This document shows, piece after piece, positions 13,986 through 26,826 of a stretch of DNA of 64,000 nt (position 1 is the stretch's first letter; each line of letters starts with the position of its first letter). This DNA comes from the human T2T-CHM13v2.0 reference genome, Homo sapiens. Location of the stretch: NCBI RefSeq assembly GCF_009914755.1, contig NC_060932.1. One strand, written 5' to 3'. Both the position numbers and the translations under genes were made by a program. Below the pieces are notes generated by a model. That model worked only from the letters and a program-made list of their open reading frames with translations, made no database searches and had not been told where the DNA came from.

Positions 13986-14319
13986 ACAAAGGTTCTTAAG
14001 ACAAGTTTGTCTATTTAAAGATTTTATTTAATTATATGGACATATACACACACATATACATATACATATAATACATATACACACATAAGTGTATTTAGGC
14101 TAGTCTTTTAAATTCCAGAAAGGGGAAGGAAACTATTCTCCATCAGTATTGTCAAAGTTCAAGGCCCCCAAACACAATCAATGCCATTAGTATGCTAGTT
14201 CAGTTACTTTGGGGTTTGAAGGGACTTCTGGTTAATGCCTTAAGAAGGAATCGATCATTTACTTCATTTCTCCATAAATCATTATATCCTAACCTCACAC
14301 AGTGCCTATCATACCATAG

Positions 14320-14781
14320 GTGTGATATGGCAACTTGACTGGATTATGGAATGCCCAGAGATTTGGCTAACATTATTTCTGGTTGTATTTGTGAGGGTGT
14401 TTCTGGATAAGATTAGCATTTGAATCAGTGAACTCAATAAAACAGACTGCCCTCTCTAATGTGGGTGGGCAGCATTCAATGTTTTGAGAGTGTGAATAGA
14501 ACAAAAGGAGGGAGAAGAAAGACTGCCCCTTCTTCTGCCTTACTGCTGAGCTGAAACATCAGTCTTCTCCTGCCCTCCAACTGAGACTACCACCACCAGC
14601 TCTCCTGGTTCTCAGGCCTTTGGACTTGGACTGAATCACATCACTTGCTTTCCTGGGTTTCCAGCTTGCAGGTTTCCAGCTGACAGATCAAGGGACTTCT
14701 CAGCCTCCTTAATCACACGAGCCAATTCCTTATAATAAATCTCTATTGGTTCTCTTTCTCTGGAGAACCCTGACCAATACA
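14320..14781 (+). mobile_element. MLT2 (ERVL) solo LTR
   Basis: CAACTTGACTGG, GATTAGCATTTGAATCAGT, and terminal TCTCTGGAGAACCCTGACCAATACA. Confidence 0.75.
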
Positions 14782-14805
14782 GTAGGCATTCAATAACTAT
14801 TTTCT

Positions 14806-15100
14806 TTTTTTTTTTTTTTGAGATGGAGTCTTGCTCTGTCACCCAGGCTGGAGTGCAGTGGTGTGATCTCGGCTCACTGCAAGCTCCACCTCCCAAGTTC
14901 AAGCCATTCTCCTGCCTCAACCTCCCGAGCAGGTGGGACTACAGACACCCGCCACCACGCCCAGCTAATTTTTTGTATTTTCAGTAAAGATGGGGTTTCA
15001 CTGTGTTAGCCAGAATGGTCTCAATCTCCCGACCTCATGATCCACCCGCCTCGGCCTCCCAAAGTACTGGGATTACAGGCATGAGCCACCACGCCAGGCC
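14806..15100 (-). mobile_element. AluY-like
   Basis: Reverse Alu with a perfect 16-bp TSD TCAATAACTATTTTCT (14790-14805, 15101-15116). Confidence 0.95.
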
Positions 15101-16259
15101 TCAATAACTATTTTCTAAACATATAAATAAACGTACCTCTACCTGTCCTATTCTCTTCCCACCTTTACAGAAACCTTTTACTATCAACTATTGTCTTTCA
15201 AATATAGCTCTATAAACAATTAAACATGCTGTAGTGTCTCATATCTTAAAAACAAATATACCAAAAAGAAAGCACAGAACCTTCTCTTAGGAAACATAAT
15301 ACACCTAACACCCCAGCCAACTTCCTTAAAAGCCCAATTTCTCACAAAACTTGTCTTTACTCACAGTCTCCATTTCCTCACCTCCTAATCATAGGTTGCC
15401 TGAGTTCAAATGCCAACTCCTCAATTTATTGGGTATATGAATAATTTAGGCTAGTCACCTAAACTTTCTGAGCTACAATTACCTCATTGGTAAAAAGGGA
15501 CAATGATCTAGCTCCCTGTAAGGTTCTTAAGAAGACTGAAAGAGAAAAGGTAAAACAAACTTAGTACAGTGCTTAACACAGAGTAAGCATTTAATAAAGG
15601 TTGGTTGCTACTATTCTTGTTAAATGATTGTTTTCAGTCTTCATTATCCTTGGTTCTAGGCCCTGATATTCCCCTTTCATGTTATATTCTCTCCCTAACC
15701 AATTCTGTCCACAACCAGTTTCAATTAACATCACAACACCGATGACTCGCAGATTTGTATTTTCAGTTCAGATGTTTCTTCAGACCTTCAGACTCATATA
15801 TTCAACTGACTCTTTGACAGCTAACCTTGGACATATCAAAGGCATCTCTAACATAGCAAGTCTAAAATGGCATTCATAATCTGTCCTCCAACTTAACCAC
15901 CACTCCCCTTCACCAGCAACAAAACCCCAATTGTGAAAGCTACAGAGGAGTTATTTTTGACATATCCCTAAAAATTCTTTCATTTCCTTCTACATCTATC
16001 TTCTCTACAACCATAACCCTAATTCAAAAGATATAAGCTCTCACCTGAAAAAGGGCCTCCTAACTGGTCTCCCTGTATTTACTTTGCTCCCCTCCAAACC
16101 ATCCTCCAAGCAACTACTCTGAGTCCTTCCATTCATTTTTAACACTGTAGTTAAGAGTATACTTGTTACATCTGCTATACCGCCTTATATAGAGAATTAG
16201 ACAGACCTGAGATGATTCTCTGACCATTATGTCAATCTCAGTGACTCTAAGATTATTCT

Positions 16260-16468
<209 letters not shown>

Positions 16469-17661
16469 CTAGCTGGACAATCTTTGGCAAATTATTTAGC
16501 CTCTCCAAGTCTTTATCTGAAAAACAGAGGCTGTAGTACTTAACCTCCTTTGTTGTTGTGAAGATAAAATTAATAATGTCATTAAGAAGTTTAATTCAAT
16601 TTTTGTGGCTTGCAGAAGGCTATGCAAATGTTAGCTAGTAAAACAAGCTCAGCATAACTTCCCCACTGCTTGAGTCCTGGTCCTCATCTCTCCCATGGCC
16701 TGTTTTAACAGTCTCTAACTAGTTCCTATCTACCTCCAAATGCCCAAAGCCCAAAGTATGGCTTATTGCAGGCCTCAAGAAAAGTCAGCTAAATCTGGCC
16801 TTCTTTTAGTATTCTACTAGTAAACCATGGACTAGGTCCAAATTCCTTTGAGCTTGGAATATGACCTAGCCCCTACCTACCTTTCCAATCTCTTCCACAA
16901 TAATTCTCCCAAGTGCATTTTACTCAAACTCATTAGATTACAAGAATTAGCTGTCCTACTATCTCTCTTGGGCCTGTTCCTTTGAACTAGATTCTTTTCC
17001 TCTGTTTTCAGTGCTTATGTCTACACCAATTACTAGTTATTCTGATTTTACAGAAGAGGAAACTATGGCTCAAAAAAGTTAAATGACTGGCCAGTACCAC
17101 CTAGGCTGGTGACTGCACAACATGTCAATGCAAGTGCTCTGTGCACTATATTAGTGCTTCTCAAACTTTTCTGGGACATACTTCTGTTGAAAGAGAGAAG
17201 CTTAACTTCCATCTTATAGGTCAAGGAAGGCACAGACCCAAGTGGCTGCTACCAGCTTGGAGTACCATGCTTTACCTTCAAATAAGTCATTGTCAAAACT
17301 TTGAACAAATCAAGTTGAGGACAGGAGCCCCTCAAACAGACAGTCCCCTGTACATTAAATCAAAACTATAAATCTCAGTTTGTCTGTTCTGTGGCTGCAA
17401 ACCCACTCCACAAAAGTATCTTCAGCCTTCATTTTCATTGTTACCTGCAAGGATAAAGAGACAGTGCCATACAAATGGCTGGAGTTACTATTACTTTGAC
17501 ACAATGAAGTCAAGCATTGCCAAAGTGTTTAGGAAGAGGAGACTAGCTGCCCAGAGGACTCTCTGGGATCTCTAACCTGAAGAAAACTGAAGACAAAAGG
17601 AAATCCAGGGAGCCTAGGTGAAATCTGAGTTTTGTTAGGATAGCACTCACTTCTCTGGAGT

Positions 17662-17858
17662 ATGATTCCTCAACTTGGGCATCAATTGACAAATGGAGCA
17701 GATAATTCTTCGTCATAGGGGGCTGTCCTGTGCATTATAGGATGTTTACCCTCTACCTACTAGATGCCAGTAGCATCCCACCCCTGGTTGTGACAATCAA
17801 AAATGTCTTCCGACGTTGTCAAATGTCAGTTAGGGGACAAAACTGTCTCCAGTTGAGT
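17662..17858. mobile_element. MER20
   Basis: GGGGCTGTCCTGTGCATTATAGGATGTTTA and GTGACAATCAAAAATGTCT, homologous to the copy at 8070-8283. Confidence 0.75.
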
Positions 17859-20271
17859 GCTCTAGGATAACCCCTGGTATATCCTTTTACTGAGGAGTGA
17901 ACATTACATACGAAAGCTCAGACTTCAGACTCTACATAGGAAAGTAGTGGGAGAAAACAGATCTTTCTACATTTACATAGGGCACTAGGATAAAAGAAAG
18001 AAGTATCTGTTGCTTCTCAATGGTCTTTTTCCACTAGGAAGTAAACTAAGTGGGATATAATTTAAGTTTCTTACCAAGAAATTTGGGGTGAGGCTTCAAA
18101 ATTAACCAGGGATTTAAGACTGTACTTCTGGGCATTAGGAGAGGGGAAGGCAAAAAAGGAGAAAGACTCCTTTTAGGTTGATTCTCCACTTAGTTGGCTA
18201 CAATATTTGGCCTCTAGCCTATAACACAGGGGTATAAGGAGATCGCTCAACATGACACCATCCCTACTTTGACACTGTATAAATGATCACAAACCTCTTC
18301 TATTCCTTCAGTCATGACCCAACATGAATACTACAGAAGCACATGCAAACATTCAAATAGTCACAAGAAAACAAGAAGTTGTTTTATATTAAGCCAGAGA
18401 CTTCAACATCTGCAATTCCAAAAGCTTAGCTTTTATGTTAATAAAATGCAGCTCACTGCCCTTGGCAGCCATTCCCTTATTGTTTGCTAATAAATGAGAA
18501 TGCACACACATACAGATGTGTTTTCAACATTTAAGATACTTTTGTTTTTACTTAAAAAAAGAAAAATCAACTCTGCTTGCTGTATTTCACTATTACTGCT
18601 TTTAAGCTTCTACAATTATAAGTTTTAAATAGCCTTCTAAAAATCTAGCTAAAATGTGGGATAGTTCATATAAGCTGGAGTGTCACGAGCCTCAGATTTC
18701 CCGTTTGTATAGTAGGCAGAAATAAAATTTACTTCTTAAAGTTGCTGTTAAGGATCAAATGAAGTCCTGTGTAGCCAGTATTTGGGCATGTAAAATATAT
18801 TCAATAAATGGTTATTATTAGTACTGTTATAACCATTAAATAGCAACTTCTCTGAATCTCCTGTTTCCTCTATAAATTCTTGGGGAAGGAAACACGTATG
18901 TTTTGGAAAGGGGGTAAAATATTTCATAAACACACCTTACATCTAGATGCAAAAAAATTTAAGTATTATTTGTGATGATAAAAACAGAGTAGGGAAGAAG
19001 AAAAAGTGGAAATATTCTGTGTTTTAAGTAGAAATTTGAAAAAAAAAATTCTAACGTTAATTACATCTGGTATCCAGTAGCTCATGTTAGGAAATACAAT
19101 GTTCCTTTCCACTGGAAAAAGAAAAAGACGAAAGAAAAGGGAGGAAGAGAGGAGAATAAAAAACAAAACCAAAGCAATATTATGATAGACTGGAAGAAGC
19201 CTTATGCAAAATACATAACTAAACAATGACAATATTCTCCTAACTCTTTCAAGATCAGCAGTAAAAGGTCAGTCACCTTCCAAAGAAGCCTGGGTTTGCA
19301 CATCACTGTTTATCTAATAAAATTCCAGTGAAGACAATTTTTCTTCCCAGTAGCCAAAACTACAGTTAGGTGAGTTAAGATATACGTTAATAAGGTGCTG
19401 CTACGCTATGCTGAGCTCTTCCTCAACAAAATTTGCAGTTTCTGGAACTGCAAATTTTAAATATGCTTTATTCAACTCAATAGCAGCTCCAGTGAAATGA
19501 TGAATTCAAAAAGTATTAATAACAAATCCAAAATGTCTGGATTTCCTTAAGAAAATGTCAACTCCCTTCCCAGAAACCTACCCAAAGAAAAGCCAAATGT
19601 TATTTAATTCTTATTCTCTGGAGTAAATATGGATCTTTAATCAAGGGCCAGGTAGGACCAACAGCTGGTATATTTCTAAGTACCTCCTTAAAGGGCCCGC
19701 AAACTATAAACTTTAGAGCGTCCTGACAAAAAGACAGCGAAATGAGCATACTCATCCCCCACCCCCCCACCCCGACTCCCGCGAGCACACACACGCACAC
19801 ACAAATGCCCCGCACACTAACAGCTCTGCAACAAGACTCGGTCTTTCAGCTGGCTACTGGCAGGCCACCCAGAAAATGTGTACTCCAGTTTCGACCCTTC
19901 TAGGGATGAAATCAAGGAAGGATAGAGAGTCTTGGTGGATTTTAGCCAACCCCTTAATTCTACAGAGGAGCCTGAAGCTGCGGGTGCAATTAACTTTGTC
20001 AGCCTTTTCGTTTCAAGGCCTTCTGATCCCAGGTACACACGGCGCACACCCGACCCAGGACGAGCCAAAAGGGCACGGGCCCTGAGTCAGACTACGTGCA
20101 ACCTCACCCAGCTCCTCTGCTGTCTGTCTGACCTTGTGCACGTTAACTTCTGCGTCTCAATTTCCACATCTACAAAATGGAACCAGAAGCTCCACATCCC
20201 ATACTGTTAAGAGTCGACGGGCCGAGACGCGCTACCCGGCTCGAGTGGGCGCTCCGCCCGTGGGCTCCCAC

Positions 20272-20658
20272 CTGGACGCTGGGGAAGGCGGTCTTGAGCA
20301 GGTAGAACATCTTGCGGTTGGACAGCACGTCGCCGCTGGTCATCTTGTCCTCGGCTCCCTCGCGCGTCTTCCCCTTGGACTTCTCGTGGAGGACGTTGCT
20401 CTCGCGGACGCGCCTCACCTCGTCGCCGCCGCGGACTGCGGCCAGCACTGACACAGCCAGCATCTCGCGCAAGTCCACGGTGCCCCCATCGGCCGCGGCC
20501 GCGGGCCCCGCCGCGCCGCCGCCAGGCTCGCCGCCCAGGCCGAAGAGGCTGAAGCGGCCGGCCAAGAAGCCCGAGTAGAGGTGGTAGAGCACGCCGAGCC
20601 CCAGCAGGCAAAACACTGCCACCCCCAGTGGGGAAAGGCGGATGCCCATGGGGGCCAT
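20272..20658 (-). CDS. BPNT2: BPNT2/IMPAD1 coding exon 1 (aa 1-129; type II membrane anchor), Golgi 3'-phosphoadenosine 5'-phosphate phosphatase
   Basis: [37 protein letters not shown]...[25 protein letters not shown]. Kozak context GCCATGG, donor CAG|GTGGGA. 387 nt, phase 0, joins INTEE of exon 2. Confidence 0.97.
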
Positions 20659-20709
20659 GGCGTGGGAAGCCGGGCGCTCCGGGCTGCGGCTCTCACAGGC
20701 CTCCAGCGC

Positions 20710-20736
20710 CCGCCGCCGCCGCCGCCGCAGCCGCCG
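20710..20736 (-). repeat. Interrupted CGG repeat in the 5' leader: (CGG)2 CTG (CGG)6
   Basis: Plus strand reads (CCG)6 CAG (CCG)2. Confidence 0.85.
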
Positions 20737-20976
20737 CGCTCCGGGCCAGGCGCCGCGCGGGCTACACTGGCGCCCGCTCCCCGGCCCCGGTGCGCCCCAT
20801 CACTCCCTCCCAGGAAAGGCCGAGTTGCGCCGCGAAGACCACCAACGCCGCCCCGCGCGCCTGACTCGCCAGGCAGCGCGCTCTAGGTTCTTCCGCCGGC
20901 CGGCTGGTCCGACTTCCACGTTAGCCTACGGCCGCGAGGTGAAAGGGGAGCGTGGGTGTGTATCCGGGTTACGCGA

Positions 20977-21048
20977 CGGGGCGGGGCGAGGGCGAGGGCG
21001 AGGGGCGGGGAGAGCTGGGCACCTCCCCTTGGGGCGGGGCGGGGCGGG
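20977..21048. promoter_or_regulatory. GC-box (Sp/KLF) cluster, TATA-less promoter
   Basis: Several GGGGCGGGG motifs immediately upstream of exon 1. Confidence 0.75.
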
Positions 21049-22047
21049 ACAGGAGGCGCTGGACTGAGCTGCCTTCCTTGGTCTGGGTGGGAAGGTATTC
21101 CTGGAAGTGGCGAGCAGCAATCCGCACAGGACAGTGTGCTGTGCTGAGTGCCTTGTGGGTGTTTAAATTAAATATCCCATTGTACGACTATGGCTGGCTG
21201 TAATAAACCCACAGTAACAGTCTAGTCTTCTCATCACTCTCAGATTATTGAGGAATGGAGGAAAACACAATAAACCATTTTAAAAGATTGATTTGCAAGC
21301 TTTTTTAGCCAGCGGGGGTGTAGACAGCCTGTACCTTTAAGTCGCTTCTCCGCGCTCTTCCCGGCAGGACGGGGAACTGGGCGGTGAGGGGAAGAATTGT
21401 ACTTGGCTCTTCATTCTGTTGACATCTTTGTCGTGCCCTAAATGCTTATGTGTGTATAGAGTTTCTCTCCTCCACCTGCCAGAATAAACCATCCTCGAAG
21501 CAGCTGAAAAACATGCCTTGATCCGGGTTTTTCATAATGAAAGAAAGCAAACCAGGCTTCTCTCATTTCCAAGGGTACTCGAGCCTGGCTCTCCTACCAG
21601 AGCTTAAGAAGAGGAATTGCTTGACAGAGTCCACTTAAAATAGAGGTTATCCGGAGATGGTCAGTCTAGAACATGTAATCTTTGAGTCAGCGTAGGCTCT
21701 CGAAGTATTTTGACAGAAATAACTACCTTCTACTATAACACCGATCTTAGCTAGAATGATAGTGAATACTTTATAAGTATTCATGAGTTTATCTTTAATC
21801 TTAAAAGTGAATATTAAGATGTATAGTATTGTTCTTAAATGTTAAAATATCTATATAAATCAACTTAAAATGTAGCCTGTTTTACTGTTCATAGCAAAAC
21901 AGCATTGGTTTTAAGTGGACTTTAGAATTAACCACCTGAAAAACTGCAAGTATACCAAACTTCTAAACATCCATTGCTAAGCAAGTCATGTAGAGCCTGA
22001 CCTTTACCGCTTACTTAGAGTTCAGGGCATCCCTAGAATTTGCATGT

Positions 22048-22104
22048 GATTATACACATACAACAAAAGCACTGCCAGATTATACACATACAACAAAAGC
22101 ACTG
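22048..22104 (+). repeat. Tandem duplication, period 30
   Basis: GATTATACACATACAACAAAAGCACTG at 22048-22074 and 22078-22104. Confidence 0.9.
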
Positions 22105-22996
22105 TGATTTCCCTGCCAGAATCACAGCACAAAATCAAGTACAAATACAAATCAGTGAAAGAACAATCCCTAGAGTATTGACAGCACCAGAACTTAAAGA
22201 ACTAGCATTGCCTTTCTTGTCAGCTTTTGAGAGTAACTTTGCAATGAAGCAAAGCTGCTTTCAAATATCTAAAAGTGAATGTCACAGAGTAATTCTCAAA
22301 ACCCATCCCAGGGATAAAGATAAACATCAGGGTTGAAATATAAAGGTTTAAGTTAAACAGAACCACCCCAACCTACACTATGACAGCAGCAAAAAGATGA
22401 GTTGGATAGTAATCATGTCAATATTAAAAGCATCATTGGGAAGTCTGAGATTTCTCAAAATAAACGGAATAATATTTTCCAAGGATATTGGAGAATAATA
22501 TAGGGTCACATTCAGTGTGGCAGTATACACAGTATACCACTGAGGGAAATACTAAAAGCTCTGGAGCATTTCTACTGCAAAAAAGGGATTTAAGACTTGA
22601 GGGAGAAAATGCCAAGGTATGTGGAAAGAAGGAGTCACTTGAAAGATTGTAGCTCCAAGAGGCGTTCTAGCACTCAAGTGATAATTGATCATAGAGAATG
22701 GGTATTAACAGATAACATTTAATCGACAAAAGAAGTTATGACAATAAGAAAACATTTGATTAATTACATGTGGTACAGTGATGTCAGAAAACCTTTATAG
22801 GAATTTGATTGAAAGAAACTTGTTTTTTTAGTATCAAGTTGTCAGAAGCTTCAAACAATGCATACATACACATGAAAATTATATGGCTTTCATATTAAGA
22901 TTGTGGACAGTCTGTTCCTAAAACATAATCTACATCTATTCTTAAAATTGTTTTCCCCAAGATTTTGAAATAAACAATTAAATGTGTTAACTTTTA

Positions 22997-23329
22997 GGCC
23001 GGGCGCGGTGGCTCATGCCTGTAATCCCAGCACTTTGGGAGGCCGAGGTGAGTGGATCACGAGGTCAGGAGATCGAGACCATCCTGGCTAACACGGTGAA
23101 ACCCCGTCTGTACTAAAAATACAAAAAAATTAGCCGGGTGTGGCGGCGGGCGCGTGTAGTCCCAGCTACTCGGGAGGCTGAGGCGAGAAATGGCATGAAA
23201 CCGGGAGGCGGAGCTTGCAGTGAACCGAGATCGCGCCACCGCACTCCAGCCTGGGCGACAGAGTGAGACTCCGACTCCGTCTCAAAAAAAAAAAAAAAAA
23301 AAAAAAGAAACAAAAAAGAAAAAAAAAGG
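22997..23329 (+). mobile_element. AluY
   Basis: CpG-rich dimer with long A tail. TSD AAATGTGTTAACTTTT at 22980-22995 and 23330-23345. Confidence 0.95.
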
Positions 23330-23774
23330 AAATGTGTTAACTTTTTAAATTAAAGCAAAATAATTATGTAGGCTGATGCAAGTAAGACAACTTGAAACTG
23401 CAACTAGAAACTATACCCAATGAAAAACCCTGCCTTAAAAGATAGACAAGTGGATATATTTTTACTTGTTTTAGGTTCAATTGTTAAGCTGTCTAGTTTT
23501 TTTCTGTAATTCTCCACTTTAATGCAGTTTTCTCAGTTAACTGGCCCACACTAGTTCTGATTACATCAGACATAGGACCTCTTCTAAATGTCTGGATATT
23601 GCTACCTTTCCTACAAATACCAGTTTTCCTTATAGTCTCCATGTGTACAGAATAAATAATATCAGTTTATGAAACATTATTAGCATCTTAGATGTTAAGG
23701 ACATTTTGGTTCCTTTCAATGACTCCTGACCTTCAAATTTACCCTGGAAAATGTTTTTTATAAAAATTAATCTT

Positions 23775-24028
23775 GGCCGGGTATGGTGGCTCACGCCCCA
23801 GCACTTTGGGAGGCCAAGGCAGGCAGATCACAAGATCAGGAGTTCAAGACCAGCCTAGCCAACATGGTGAAACCCCATATCTACTAAATATACAAAAATT
23901 AGCCAGGCACGGTGGCACACGCCTGTAATCCCAGATACTTGCGAGGCTGAGGCAGGAGAATCCTTTGAACCCAGGAGGTGGAGGTTGCAGCCTGGGCGAC
24001 AGACCGAGACTCCATCTCAAAAAAAACA
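23775..24028 (+). mobile_element. AluS with internal deletions
   Basis: Alu dimer lacking TGTAAT in the left arm and about 30 bp of the right arm. TSD AAAAATTAATCT. Confidence 0.9.
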
Positions 24029-24148
24029 AAAAATTAATCTCTGCCAGTTAGTTTCCTTGTATTTTTTCCTTTAAATATGCATTGGAGGGGTACAATATAA
24101 TTAATGAAAGGTTCAGCGTAGTTGAACCCTCATTAAAAGTGTTTTTAC

Positions 24149-24360
24149 GGCAGGCGCGGTGGCTCACGCCTGTAATCCCAGCACTTTTGGAGGCCGAGGT
24201 GGGTGGATCACAAGGTCAGGAGATCGAGACCATCCTGGCTAACACGGTGAAACCCCGTCTCTACTAAAAAAAAAAAAAAAAAATACAAAAAATTAGCTGG
24301 GCGTGGTGGTGAGCGCCTTCCAGCCTGGGCGACAGAGCCAGACTTCATCTCAAAAAAAAA
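24149..24360 (+). mobile_element. AluY-like with most of the right arm deleted
   Basis: Left arm and expanded A linker, then GGCGTGGTGGTGAGCGCC joined to CCAGCCTGGGCGAC. TSD AAAAGTGTTTTTAC. Confidence 0.9.
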
Positions 24361-24796
24361 AAGTGTTTTTACTACCTTTCTGAGAAAGAAAACAATGAAC
24401 TGATGGCATTTTACATGTTGAAAATATAAAACTTCCAAGAAGATTATTATTTGCATATTCTTTCCTTAAGTGATTATATCCTATAGAAACAATAATTCTG
24501 TTTTTTTAGTAGATCCAGTGATATGGTGTTTGCTTCTGCCATTAAAGTTCTCTCTTTGGCAGATAATTGAAGTTCAGAAACAGTGGCTTTCATATATCAA
24601 GACTGTGGATAGTCTTTTTCTAAAACAGGATCTACATCTATTCTTAAAATTGTTTCTCCCAGATTTAGAAATAAACAATTAAATGTGTAACTTTTAAAAT
24701 TAATGTAAAATAATTATGTTAGCATTATAACATTGTACTATGGTCCCAATCCTAGCAATAGTAATATTGAATTCTTATTGGAGACAGTTCTGTAGG

Positions 24797-25122
24797 TATA
24801 ATCATACTTTGGTATCCGCAGGGTTTGGTTCTAAGACCCCCACAGATACCAACATTTGAGATGCTCAAGTTCCTTATAAAAAACGATATAGTGTTTGCAT
24901 ATAGCCTACACACATCCTTCCATTTACTTTAAATCAACTCTAGATTACCTGTAATACCGAATACAATGTAAATGGTATGTAAATAGTTGTTATACTATAT
25001 TGCTTATTTGTATTATTTTTACCATGGCATTGTTATTTTTACTGGTATTTTGTTTTTCAAATATTTTTGATCTTGTTGATTGAATGCATGGATGTGGAAC
25101 CCACAGATAAAGAGGGACAACT
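24797..25122. mobile_element. MER2 (Tigger-derived)
   Basis: GGTATCCGCAGGG...GACCCCCACAGATACC and terminal GAACCCACAGATAAAGAGGGACAACT. Confidence 0.7.
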
Positions 25123-25654
25123 ATATATACAATAGAAAACTGGAAATAGTTGCAACCCTTTGAAATTATAATCACTCTGATCCATATGCACAACATAAAG
25201 CCAGGTAAGTAATTTGCATATCTTTGTATCTTCTGACTTAACTCAGATCCTATGAATATAGCAAGAACTCAGTAAGTATTTATGAAACTGGACTTTTAAA
25301 AGCTACTTTTTAATTAAATGTTGTATATTTTGTAAAGTGTTTCTCAAAAAAAATGAATTTAACAAACACATTAAGGACCCAACATTCATTTTGTTTATTC
25401 AAAACACTTGTTTCACCAGCATACAAATCAGCCTAAAAAATATATATATATATGCTTTGGCACCATTAAGATATCAAATATTTGTTAACTTTTTTTTTGT
25501 ACTCTTCATTAAATCTTATTGCTTGCAAAGCACCAAATCAGTGAGTAATGTAAAATTTCTCACATTGTATTTTATTCTCTAGGTGATCTGGACGTATACA
25601 TTTTGCTCACTACCTATCTAAAACCTGAGGTAAAATTATCACCTTAAAATTTCA

Positions 25655-25990
<336 letters not shown>

Positions 25991-26342
25991 TCATCTGCAG
26001 AAAATAGCATTTGAATGCTATTCATCAATCATAATTAGGATATGTAGTCTATGGAATTTTGTTCATAATTTATATTACGTAAAAATCTCAACATAATACA
26101 TATTGCTATTACACAGATTTAGACACAAAACAAGACAAATTGTGTCACCTAGAATGTAAGAACTCAATATAGCCATCATGTCCTAGCAAGTGTTTCTCAA
26201 ACTTTTTGAGAATTAAAATAAGTTTTACATTTAGATATAGCAAACAAAGGCTTCACTAAACAGTACTTACCCTGATATATGACATATTCTTGTATATTTT
26301 TATACCCTTCAAACTGATTTGATGGTTCCATTAATGAGTCAC

Positions 26343-26826
26343 TGTTGAGAGACAAATCTCTGTGATTTCTTGTGTTTCTCAATGTCTTTCCTGCAGAGGG
26401 ACTGACTCCCTTTTCAACAATGTTATCTTTTCAAGGATGTTTATACAGCCTTGGAAGACACAGATGGTGTTTCCCTCTAGAGCAAAGGACAAGTTGGTTT
26501 TATTTACATTATAATGTAAATGATGGCTCGCTCTGGGGCAAACGTAGGGCAGGTTTATTGCTAGTTATAAAAGATTTAGGATTCCTCAACTCAGAGTTCC
26601 TTTCCTGGAATGCATCCAATTGTGTGTGCACAAGTTGAGACCCTCTTAGTGTCACCCTGTGGAAGCTGGGGCTTGAGGAACAAGTGCAAATGCTGACACT
26701 CTAAATGGCACAATTGCTTTGTCTTGAGCCTGGAGTCTAGTGACTTCCGCCAGCATCCATGTGGCTAGCAGACTCACTTGTTAGCCGCAAGCAGAGTAAA
26801 GTCTCAGAACCTTCACACTCTTGACA
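26343..26826 (+). mobile_element. ERVL-class solo LTR (LTR47-like) nested in a hAT/MER fragment
   Basis: TGT...GACA termini and a 5-bp near-TSD GTCAC/GTCGC. The flanks rejoin as a hAT-like element (GTGTTTCTCAAAC ... GTTTTGGAAAAAAC). Confidence 0.5.

Larger units (their letters stand above)
20190..21070. promoter_or_regulatory. CpG island spanning the BPNT2 promoter and exon 1
   Basis: Sharp rise in GC and CpG density against an AT-rich, CpG-poor background. Confidence 0.92.

Noticed and set aside
20170-20271. ORF extension VGAHGRS...SIL after exon 1
   Set aside because: Read-through past the GT donor into intron 1.
20134-21203. Many overlapping ORFs on both strands around exon 1
   Set aside because: They reflect stop-codon scarcity in the CpG island. 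Only the BPNT2 frame has a recognisable product and splice continuity.
22380-22880. Possible processed pseudogene or divergent lncRNA exon upstream of the promoter
   Set aside because: No sustained frame, TSD or recognisable parent gene, so it cannot be supported from sequence alone.
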